Of a DNA stretch of 39,767 nt, positions 16,491 through 24,249 are shown in pieces. Source of the stretch: Candidatus Krumholzibacteriota bacterium (lineage in GTDB: Bacteria > Krumholzibacteriota > Krumholzibacteriia > LZORAL124-64-63); the NCBI GenBank assembly GCA_039714075.1, contig JBDLKA010000024.1:1-39767 (forward strand). Reading direction: 5' to 3'. The first letter of the stretch is position 1, and the number at the start of each line of letters is the position of its first letter. The translations under genes and the position numbers were made by a program. The notes below the pieces were generated by a model. That model did not search any database, was not told the origin of the DNA, and was given only the letters and a program-made list of their open reading frames with translations.

Positions 16491-17786
16491 ATGCGCTACA
16501 TCCCCTTGATCCTCTCTTGCCTGATCATGGCCGCCCACCACTCCCGCGGGGGCGAGCCCGGTTTGATCGGCCTGTGGCTCACGCTGCCCTTCGCCCTGTT
16601 TTTCAAGCGCCGCTGGATCGACCGGGCCGTCCAATTGACGCTGCTGGCGGGCGCCTTCGAGTGGGGCTTGACCATCAAGACCATCGTGAGCGTGCGGCAG
16701 ATGGTGGGCCTGCCTTACGGCCGGATGGTTCTCATCCTGGGCGCGGTGACCCTGTTCACCGCGCTGTCGGGATTGTTGCTGGAAACCAAGGGACGCAAAA
16801 AACGCCTGCCTGAGGATGACCCCGTGGGGCCGGGCCTGGGCGCCTTCCTTCTTTCCATAATTATGCTTCTCATAGTGCAGTTCAACATGGAGCCGACCGG
16901 CCTGCTGGCCGAACGGTTTCTGCATTCCGCGGGTTGCTGGGAAGCTTTCTGGCTGGCCATCTACGCCGGCTGGCTTTCGGACCGGCTGCAGGATCCCCGG
17001 CGGATCCGCAAGCTTCGCCCCAAGGTGTGGCTGGTTTTCTCCGTGATTTTTTTCACCCAGCTGATCCTGGGCGTCGCCGGCCTGGAAAAACTGCTGATGA
17101 CCGGCAAGCTGCACCTGCCGGTTCCCGCCCTGATCATGGCGGGCCCCATCTTCCGCGGCGGCGGATTCTTCATGGCCATCCTGTTTACCTCGTCGGTCCT
17201 GCTGGTCGGCCCCGCGTGGTGCAGCTGGCTATGTTACATCGGCGCCTGGGACGACAAGCTGTCGCGCGCGGTCAAACGCCCCGAAAAACTGCCGAAGTGG
17301 CGCAACCTGATGCGGGTGGTCATCCTGGTGCTGATCGTGGGCACGGCCTACGGCCTGGGCCGGCTGGGCGTGAGCGCGGCCACCGCCGGCTGGCTGGCTG
17401 CGGGGTTCGGTCTATTCGGCGTGGGGTTGATGGTGTTCTGGTCGCGCCGCAACGGCAACATGACCCACTGCACCGCCTACTGTCCGATGGGCTGGGTGGC
17501 GACCCGGCTGGGCAAGGTGTCGCCCTGGCGTTTGAAGATCTCCCCGAGCTGCACCGACTGCGGGGCCTGCACCCCGGCGTGCCGCTTTGACGCTTTATAT
17601 CCGGAAGATGTCCTGAACCGCGTGCCCGGCGAGGCCTGCACCCTGTGCGGCGACTGCCTGAGCAACTGCCCCACCAACAGCATCGAATACCGGATGCCCG
17701 GGCTGTCCAGCCACCGGGCCCGCACGGTTTTCCTGGTCATGGTAACGGCCATGCACGCGGCTTGGATCGGGGTGGCGCGGTTGTAG
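16491..17786 (+). CDS. Membrane 4Fe-4S binding protein (NapH/MauN/YccM-like polyferredoxin)
   Basis: Multiple TM helices; WCSWLC and HCTAYCP motifs; two CxxCxxCxxxC ferredoxin motifs. Confidence 0.88.
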   Translation: MRYIPLILSCLIMAAHHSRGGEPGLIGLWLTLPFALFFKRRWIDRAVQLTLLAGAFEWGLTIKTIVSVRQMVGLPYGRMVLILGAVTLFTALSGLLLETKGRKKRLPEDDPVGPGLGAFLLSIIMLLIVQFNMEPTGLLAERFLHSAGCWEAFWLAIYAGWLSDRLQDPRRIRKLRPKVWLVFSVIFFTQLILGVAGLEKLLMTGKLHLPVPALIMAGPIFRGGGFFMAILFTSSVLLVGPAWCSWLCYIGAWDDKLSRAVKRPEKLPKWRNLMRVVILVLIVGTAYGLGRLGVSAATAGWLAAGFGLFGVGLMVFWSRRNGNMTHCTAYCPMGWVATRLGKVSPWRLKISPSCTDCGACTPACRFDALYPEDVLNRVPGEACTLCGDCLSNCPTNSIEYRMPGLSSHRARTVFLVMVTAMHAAWIGVARL

Positions 17787-17808
17787 CACCTCTGATTATC
17801 ACTTGAAC

Positions 17809-17847
17809 AAAAAAGGCCCCGGGTACAAAACCCGGGGCCTTTATTTC
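17809..17847. terminator. Bidirectional intrinsic terminator
   Basis: AAAGGCCCCGGGT-ACAAA-ACCCGGGGCCTTT with an A-tract on the left and TTTATTT on the right, between convergent genes. Confidence 0.9.
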
Positions 17848-17863
17848 GACTGTCAGACGCGGA

Positions 17864-20800
17864 CTACTTCACAAGCACCATCCGCCGGGTCTCGTTGTAC
17901 GACCCCGCGTTCAGATGATAGAAGTAAACCCCCGCGGCCACCTGCTGGCCGCTGTCATCCTTGCCGTTCCAGACGACATCCTGACGGCCGGCCCCCAGGG
18001 AACCGTTCAGCAGACTTCGCACCAGCCGGCCCGAGATGTCGTACACCTGCAGGCGGACGGACGTCGCTTCGGGCAGTTCGAAGAAGATGGTCGTCATGGG
18101 ATTGAACGGGTTGGGCACGTTCTGCTCCAGGGCGTACCGGACGGGGACCACGTCGCCCACACCGGAGAGGGCCTTAACCTTGATCGCGTCGACCACGGTC
18201 AGGGTGTCCTCGCTGCAGCCGTTGCCCACGATCAGGGTCACGGTGAAGGTGTCCACCGTGGTGTAGGTGTGGCTGGGATTCTGCACCGTGTCGGTGGTCG
18301 CGTCGCCGAAGTCCCACAGCCAGGTGGTCGGGTTGCCGGTCGACTGATCCGTGAAATCGATCGTCAACGGTCCCATGCCCGTGGTATCGGACGGGGCGAA
18401 AGCCGCCGTGACGGGATCTTCCACCTCGATGTAATCCGTCATCACCAAGGCGTCCCCGCCGCCGGGGCCGGTGACCGTCAGGGTGACGGAATACAGGCCC
18501 GCGGCCACATACACGTGGGCCGGGTTCTGTACGGTGTCCGTATTGCCGTCACCGAAGTCCCAGTCCCAACCGGTGATGTCCCCGGTCGATTCGTCGGTGA
18601 ACGCCACCTCCAGGGGTGCGCAACCGCTGAGCGGCGTTCCCGAGAAGGCCGCCACCGGGGCCGGGGGCGCATCGACCACGATCAGGTCGGTCTGGATCAG
18701 GGTGTCCGGACCGCACACGCCCGTGGCGATCAACATGACCGAGTAGGTGCCCCCGTCGTTGTAGGTGTGGCTGGGGTTCTGGACGGTGTCGGTGTTCGCG
18801 TCGCCGAAGTCCCAGTACCATTCCGTCGGCGAACCGGTGGACAGGTCGGTGAAATCCACGTCCAACGGAGCCGTGCCCGCGGTAACGGACGCGCTGAAGT
18901 TTGCCGCCACGTCTTCGGTCACGCTGATGTAGGCGACCGAGGTCAACGTATCGGCGCCGCCGGGGCCGGTGGCGATCAGGCGCACATCGTAGTCACCCGA
19001 GGCGGCATAGATATGGTTCGGGTTCTGATCCGTGCTGGACCCGCCGTCACCGAAATCCCAGTCCCAGGTTGTCACGTCGCCGGTGGATTCGTCGGTGAAG
19101 GCGACATCGAGGGGCGCACAGCCGCTTAGCGGCGTCCCCGAGAAGGCCGCCGTCGGAGGCGCCGAGGAAGTGACCGTCACATAGTCGATTCGGGTCAGGG
19201 TGTCGGGCTCGCAGCCGCCGGTGGCGATCATCGTCACCGTGTAGGTTCCCGGATCGGTGTAGATGTGGGCGGGATACTGCGCGGTGTCGGTGCCCCCGTC
19301 GCCGAAGTCCCAGGTCCGGCCCGTGGTGTTGGTGGACAGATCCAGGAAGCTGACGGTCAAGGGCGCCGGTCCCGTGGGACTGGATGAAGCCCAGTCGACG
19401 ACCGGCGCGGTTCCGACCGTAATGTAATTGAGGACGGTCTTGGAATCGGAGCCTTCGGGACCGCTGACCAGCAGGGTGACGTCATAGGTACCAGGGCTGG
19501 CGTAGACATTGGTCGGGTTCTGCAGGTTGCTGTTGTTGCCGTCACCGAAGGTCCAGGTCCAGCTCGTCGCGTCGCCGGTGGTCAGGTCGGTGAAATTGAC
19601 GGTCAGGGGTGCGCACCCTTCGGTGGGCACGCCTGCGAAATCGGCGGTCGGCGGAAGAACCACGGGAGCCCCCACGGCGGCCGCGGCATCCACCAATCCG
19701 TAACCGCTGTACTCGTCCCAGCCGGCGCCCGACTCGACATTGACGATATCGAAGGCCGTGCTGGTCAACTGGGCACGAATCTGGGCCGGGCCCCACCCGG
19801 GGTTGACGGACTTGATCAGGGCCGCGACACCGGCCGCGTAGGGCGTGGCGCAGGAAGTCCCGTTGAAGAATCCGCTGTAGTCGCTGGGATCATAGCCGCC
19901 CGCGCCCTGGATGTCGGTGGTGGGCAGGATGGTCGGCGCGATGACGTCCACCGCGAACCGCGAATCCTGCGAGTTGATACCGTAGTTGGAGCCCCACCAG
20001 CGCTCACCATCGCAGGTGAAGCCGTTGGGATCGGTGTTGACGCCGGGATTGACTTCACCGGCGTTGCTGCTGCTCCGCTTGCGGCCATCGCAGGGAGAGG
20101 CGGCGCCCACGCTGATCACATTGGCGTTCACCGAGGGGTAGCCGATGGTCGAATCGTTTGCGTTGCCGGTGGACCCGAAAAGGGTCACCCCGGCGTCGTA
20201 GGCGTATTGGATGGCGTTGTCCGTCGGGGCATATGCGGTGGTGGCCGCGCCGAAACTCATGCTGATGATGTCGGCGCCGTTGTCGGCCGCGTGGTAGATG
20301 GCATCGGTGATGGCCGAAAAATACAGCGAACCGGCGCTGTCGGAGACCTTCAGGGGCATGATGCTGCACCCGCCGGCGATGCCCGAGGCTCCCAGGGCGT
20401 TGTCGGCGATGGCCGCGGCCACCCCGGCGCAGGCGGTGCCGTGTCCGGGACTCGCGCTGTCGTCGTGGGGATTGCTGTCGCCGTCGCCGTAATCATAACC
20501 GGCCACCTGCAACAGGTCCGGGTGGGATGAATCCACACCCGAATCAATGATGGCGATCACGACCGAGGCGCTGCCGTAGGCCTGGGAACCGTTCCAGGCG
20601 CTGTGGGCGTTGGCATCGAACCCAACGGTCCCGACCGGAGGCCCGGTGTGGGAGTAGGTGCCGCCCCAATCGAAGCCCGGCAGCTGCGCGGTATTGTTGT
20701 GGCCCCAGTTGTTCGGATGCAGGGGATCGTCGGGCGTCGCCATCGGAAAGGCCCGCAAGTCGGGCACGGCGAATTCCACGTTGGGATCGGCGGCAAGATT

Positions 20801-21208
20801 GTCCACCGCACTTTCGATGTCCGTGCCCGTGACGACATCGATCCGGTACCAGCGGTCGATGCCCAGGCGCCTGACCTCGGCCTGGTTCTTCAGCGCGCCG
20901 TGCATCGGCGAGATGCGGGAGACATCCAGGGCGTTGAGAGCGGCGTCGAGCGAGGCCAGTCCCGTCCAGGAGGTATTGCCCCCGGCGCTCTTGTCCGCGA
21001 ATTCCTGGATGGTGGCCTGGTTCATGCCCTCGGGGGTGAACTTGACCAGCACACGATCCGGAGCGTAGGCGGCCACGGTTTCACCCGTGGTGACGAACCC
21101 GTCCTGCACCGGGACGAAGGTGCGGGATTGGGTTTCGGCGGCGAAGGAAAAGGTGGAGATGAGCAGAAATACGCATACCAAGGCGCAGGTCGGGGCGAGG
21201 CGTCTCAT
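17864..21208 (-). CDS. S8 (subtilisin-family) serine peptidase with propeptide, 6 PKD domains and C-terminal FlgD-Ig/T9SS-like domain
   Basis: Signal peptide; triad IIDSG / HGTACAG / GTSCATP; six W.WDFGD-type PKD repeats; NVPNPFNP...WNGKD...GVYFY...MVLVK. ATG 21208 with GGAGG RBS. Confidence 0.93.
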   Translation of the reverse strand: MRRLAPTCALVCVFLLISTFSFAAETQSRTFVPVQDGFVTTGETVAAYAPDRVLVKFTPEGMNQATIQEFADKSAGGNTSWTGLASLDAALNALDVSRISPMHGALKNQAEVRRLGIDRWYRIDVVTGTDIESAVDNLAADPNVEFAVPDLRAFPMATPDDPLHPNNWGHNNTAQLPGFDWGGTYSHTGPPVGTVGFDANAHSAWNGSQAYGSASVVIAIIDSGVDSSHPDLLQVAGYDYGDGDSNPHDDSASPGHGTACAGVAAAIADNALGASGIAGGCSIMPLKVSDSAGSLYFSAITDAIYHAADNGADIISMSFGAATTAYAPTDNAIQYAYDAGVTLFGSTGNANDSTIGYPSVNANVISVGAASPCDGRKRSSSNAGEVNPGVNTDPNGFTCDGERWWGSNYGINSQDSRFAVDVIAPTILPTTDIQGAGGYDPSDYSGFFNGTSCATPYAAGVAALIKSVNPGWGPAQIRAQLTSTAFDIVNVESGAGWDEYSGYGLVDAAAAVGAPVVLPPTADFAGVPTEGCAPLTVNFTDLTTGDATSWTWTFGDGNNSNLQNPTNVYASPGTYDVTLLVSGPEGSDSKTVLNYITVGTAPVVDWASSSPTGPAPLTVSFLDLSTNTTGRTWDFGDGGTDTAQYPAHIYTDPGTYTVTMIATGGCEPDTLTRIDYVTVTSSAPPTAAFSGTPLSGCAPLDVAFTDESTGDVTTWDWDFGDGGSSTDQNPNHIYAASGDYDVRLIATGPGGADTLTSVAYISVTEDVAANFSASVTAGTAPLDVDFTDLSTGSPTEWYWDFGDANTDTVQNPSHTYNDGGTYSVMLIATGVCGPDTLIQTDLIVVDAPPAPVAAFSGTPLSGCAPLEVAFTDESTGDITGWDWDFGDGNTDTVQNPAHVYVAAGLYSVTLTVTGPGGGDALVMTDYIEVEDPVTAAFAPSDTTGMGPLTIDFTDQSTGNPTTWLWDFGDATTDTVQNPSHTYTTVDTFTVTLIVGNGCSEDTLTVVDAIKVKALSGVGDVVPVRYALEQNVPNPFNPMTTIFFELPEATSVRLQVYDISGRLVRSLLNGSLGAGRQDVVWNGKDDSGQQVAAGVYFYHLNAGSYNETRRMVLVK
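18185..19652 (-). repeat. Six tandem PKD-domain repeats (three di-domain units)
   Basis: Repeats begin PTADF, PVVDW, PTAAF, VAANF, PVAAF, VTAAF; units 3 and 5 are visibly similar at DNA level. Boundaries approximate. Confidence 0.85.
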
Positions 21209-21342
21209 TAATTCCCTCCAATGGGATGTTTCGAATTTCACCCAAGAAGATGTCAACTGAACCCTACAATTATAACATATTCGCCTTTTTTTGGGAAATC
21301 ATAAGCATTATCCCCTGGTGCGCATGAACTTAGCTCCTGAAA

Positions 21343-22435
21343 TTGAAAAGGAATCTCACTCTTGGGCTGCCGGATTTCGGGGCCTGTCCGGTCGCGGCAA
21401 ACCCGGCCCGGATCCGTGTTCGTGCCACAGACGGTGGCAGGAGCCGCAGAGGGTCATCAGGTTTTCGGGATGGTTGGTTCCCCCCTGGCGGCGCGGTTTC
21501 AGGTGGTGGACCTCGAGGAACCTTGTTCGCCCGCAACCCGGCGCCCGGCAACGGTGTTTGTCCCTGGCCAGCACCTCCCGGCGCACTCTTGGGGGAATTG
21601 TCGTCGTGTTACGGCCTCCTTGTTCGCAAACCGCGGCGTCGCAGCGCACGCGTTCTGATTCGGCCCTGTTCAACTCGCGGTCGCCCGCGTCGGTTTGAAT
21701 CGTCATCCGACCGGTTTCTTCATTTTCGTGAACGTGAATCTGCACCGGCGGCCGGCCCGAGAGGTGTCCCCGGGGACACTTTTGGCCTTGTAACTCTTTT
21801 GTTTCCACCAGTGCCGCCAAAGCTTCCAAAACCAGCTCGGCCCGGTCGTTCGGGACTCCGCCCAACTTGTGGAGCCTTTCAACCAAGGCGGCCCGACGAG
21901 CTTCCTGCTCCGGCGTCAGGTCCATCTGGAAACGAACCGGCAGTTCACGAGGTGCAACCACTGGCGGCGAGGAAGGCAACAGAGATCCCTGACCCGGATC
22001 AACCTTGGCTGCCCGTTTGGCCTTCTTTACTTCACGAATCAATTCCTTGCGAGTTCCCTTGGCCGCCTTGAGCCAGCCGTCCTGGGTCTCGGGCGTGGCA
22101 ACCCCGGCGATCTCCCGCGCCTTCGTATACCCGAGCTCCCCATTAGCCACGGCATCGCGCACCGCGGGCAGGTTGTCCAGCTGACGCGCCAGCCGGATGA
22201 ATTGATCGGTGCGCGATTTGGAAAAACCCAGTTCGCAAATGGCGTACTGATTGATGGATGAATGCCCCAGGTCACGGAACAAACGGCGCCGCATGATCTC
22301 ACCGAACCACAACACCGCGCACTTGTGGGCATCATCCATGACGCTCAAGGAACGCTGGAGCGAGGCGTGGACTTTGGCGGCGGATTGATCGGGAATATAA
22401 GAAATGACAGACATGACTTTCCTCCTTGAAAAGGA
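21343..22435. repeat. 10-bp direct repeat TTGAAAAGGA bracketing the HNH ORF
   Basis: Exact copies at 21343-21352 (3 nt beyond the stop) and 22426-22435 (11 nt before the start). Confidence 0.6.
21356..22414 (-). CDS. HNH endonuclease with long helical N-terminal (DUF222-like) region
   Basis: C-terminal RD..RCRAPGC...LEVHH......GGTN...NL.TLCGSCHRLWH; AGGAGG RBS. Confidence 0.88.
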   Translation of the reverse strand: MSVISYIPDQSAAKVHASLQRSLSVMDDAHKCAVLWFGEIMRRRLFRDLGHSSINQYAICELGFSKSRTDQFIRLARQLDNLPAVRDAVANGELGYTKAREIAGVATPETQDGWLKAAKGTRKELIREVKKAKRAAKVDPGQGSLLPSSPPVVAPRELPVRFQMDLTPEQEARRAALVERLHKLGGVPNDRAELVLEALAALVETKELQGQKCPRGHLSGRPPVQIHVHENEETGRMTIQTDAGDRELNRAESERVRCDAAVCEQGGRNTTTIPPRVRREVLARDKHRCRAPGCGRTRFLEVHHLKPRRQGGTNHPENLMTLCGSCHRLWHEHGSGPGLPRPDRPRNPAAQE

Positions 22436-22453
22436 TGCATGGGAGGAAAACCC

Positions 22454-22482
22454 AATATAAGAACAAACAGCGAAAAGAGCAA
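22454..22482 (-). promoter_or_regulatory. Sigma70 promoter of the HNH gene with possible repressor site in the spacer
   Basis: - strand TTGCTC-17 nt-TATATT; the spacer contains TTTC-N7-GTTC. Confidence 0.55.
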
Positions 22483-22596
22483 GGGAAAAATCGTGTAATA
22501 GCTATTTATTTCAACAAGTTATGAAATTAAAAACTTATTTTCAACACCACCCCGGACACGAGTTCAGCAGACCCTCGAAGCCCCATAAAAACTTCA

Positions 22597-23511
22597 TCAA
22601 TCGAATTCAATCTCCCCCATCTTCTCCTTCACCGAAAACCGCAGGACCGGCAGGGGGACTTCTTCCTCATCCGCCTTCAAATCTCTTCCGGTGGATTCCG
22701 GCCCTATAACCCTGACATCGTCGGGGACCCTGACCGAAATTCCCCCCATGGCCACATCCAGCCGGATATCCGCATCCCGGGCCCAGGTGCCGCGCAAATC
22801 GAGGTCCGCCCCGCCCATCCGGCATTTCACATCCAGGGACCCGGGGCTGGCGTTGCCCAGACGATAGGCCTCGAAGCCGCCCATGGAACCGCGGATGGAC
22901 ATGCGGTCCATGGGCTCGCGCAGGGGTTCGTCAAAACTCAGGCTGAAGCCGCCCTTGTTGTAGCGGAAGTCGGCGCTGGTGATCCAGAGCCCGCCCAACT
23001 CGGCCTCGAAACCGCCTTCCTTGACCAGGACCTGGAGTTCGATGGGCGTGTCGGTGGGAAGGTAGACATCGATTTTGGGGCTGTGCCCTTCGCTCATCAT
23101 TTGGCGGAACAGGGCGTGCAGGCCCGAAATGGTTCGCCGGGACCTGACGCCGTACACCCAGCTGGAATCGGGCAGGCTCTCGTAGTAGTCCTCCAGCAGG
23201 TAGACCTCGCTGTCGTAACTGGCCTCCACCCGGACGCTCCGGCCCGGCTGGTCGGGATGGATTTCGAATTCGCCCTGGGCCAGGTCCAGAACCACCCGGC
23301 CGATGCCCGCGGGAACTTCGGTCACTTTTGTGCCCTTGACTTCGGTGGGGGCTCCGGCGGCATCGGAAGTGAGCACCGCATCCTCGATGTGCACATCGCC
23401 CGCACGGTTCCAGGCGACCAGGGCGGTCCCGCCCACGAGCACGATCAGGATCACCATGATCCCCAGGCAGCCGAACAACCCGGTTTTGAAGCATCCCCGT
23501 TTTTCACTCAT
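22597..23511 (-). CDS. Membrane-anchored hypothetical protein, LiaF/DUF2154 ('toast-rack')-like beta-solenoid
   Basis: N-terminal GC..TGLFGCLG plus a TM helix; repeated (M)GG turns (SMGG, RMGG, AMGG) typical of LiaF-C-like domains; GGAG RBS. Confidence 0.7.
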   Translation of the reverse strand: MSEKRGCFKTGLFGCLGIMVILIVLVGGTALVAWNRAGDVHIEDAVLTSDAAGAPTEVKGTKVTEVPAGIGRVVLDLAQGEFEIHPDQPGRSVRVEASYDSEVYLLEDYYESLPDSSWVYGVRSRRTISGLHALFRQMMSEGHSPKIDVYLPTDTPIELQVLVKEGGFEAELGGLWITSADFRYNKGGFSLSFDEPLREPMDRMSIRGSMGGFEAYRLGNASPGSLDVKCRMGGADLDLRGTWARDADIRLDVAMGGISVRVPDDVRVIGPESTGRDLKADEEEVPLPVLRFSVKEKMGEIEFD

Positions 23512-23560
23512 GATCGCTCCCCGCTTTTCGATGCCTGGAATCAGACTGGGATCAACCTGA

Positions 23561-23589
23561 TATTACGTCCGAGCGGGTAAAAGGATACA
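23561..23589 (-). promoter_or_regulatory. Candidate ECF-sigma (SigW-like) promoter
   Basis: - strand TGTATC-16 nt-CGTAATA, compared with the SigW-type TGAAAC-N16-CGTA. Confidence 0.45.
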
Positions 23590-23619
23590 GAGCAATTATG
23601 GGCGAGCGGCCGGCGGGCA

Positions 23620-23653
23620 TAAAAAAACCCCGCTTCCCTCCAGAAGCGGGGTT
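23620..23653 (-). terminator. Intrinsic terminator of the RRM gene
   Basis: - strand AACCCCGCTTC-TGGAGG-GAAGCGGGGTT running into a T-tract. Confidence 0.9.
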
Positions 23654-23677
23654 CGTCTCACAGTGTGGGCAGTCGGA

Positions 23678-23989
23678 CTACCAGCGGCCACCGCCGCCAC
23701 CGCCGCCGCCACCGTAGCCGCCACGGCCACCGCCGCCGCCGCCACGGGGACGATCCTGAGCCTCGTTCACGCGCAGGGCACGGCCGCCCATCTCGTAGCC
23801 GTCCAGGGCCTGGATGGCGTTCTGCAGCGCATCGTCGTCCACTTCGACAAAGCCGAAGCCGCGGGGACGACCGGTCTCACGATCGTTGATCAGGGCCACC
23901 GAGTGCACCGTTCCGTATTCGCTGAACAGGGCGGTAACTTCTTCCTCGGTCGCGCTGAAGGGCAGGTTGCCCACGTAGATCTTCTTCAT
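23678..23989 (-). CDS. Single-RRM RNA-binding protein with Gly-rich tail (Rbp family)
   Basis: RNP2 IYVGNL and RNP1 RGFGFVEV; C-terminal GGGGGRGGYGGG; start re-called to ATG 23989. Confidence 0.95.
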   Translation of the reverse strand: MKKIYVGNLPFSATEEEVTALFSEYGTVHSVALINDRETGRPRGFGFVEVDDDALQNAIQALDGYEMGGRALRVNEAQDRPRGGGGGGRGGYGGGGGGGGGRW

Positions 23990-24172
23990 TTTCTCTTCAT
24001 CTCCAAGTGCCGGATATCCGGCAAACAAAAGCGCCCCGGACAGCCGGCTATTTCCGACCGATCCTTCGCGCTCCCAAACAATCCGGCGCATAGGCCGGAC
24101 TCCATCCCCCGACTGTCGAGGGAAGCAGCCAGATCCACCTTCCCATAGGGGAACGGACGGATCTTCAGGCAA

Positions 24173-24201
24173 ATACTAACCGTTTTGGGGGAAATTACCA
24201 A
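24173..24201 (-). promoter_or_regulatory. Putative sigma70 promoter of the RRM gene
   Basis: - strand TTGGTA-17 nt-TAGTAT, implying a 5' UTR of about 175 nt. Confidence 0.5.
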
Positions 24202-24249
24202 ATGATTATTTGATTTCGACAAGGAATGTTTTTTCCCGTGCCGGATCCA

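Noticed and set aside
21356..22414. IscB/Cas9-like RNA-guided nuclease
   Set aside because: No RuvC motifs or PLMP N-terminus, no CRISPR array, and the promoter leaves only a ~35-nt leader.
23686..23742. CCG/CCA trinucleotide repeat
   Set aside because: It simply encodes the Gly-rich tail of the RRM protein.
24105..24135. SRP RNA-like GGAAGCAGCC
   Set aside because: The preceding CAGG-NN-GNRA helix 8 motif is missing; the region is better explained as the RRM leader on the opposite strand.
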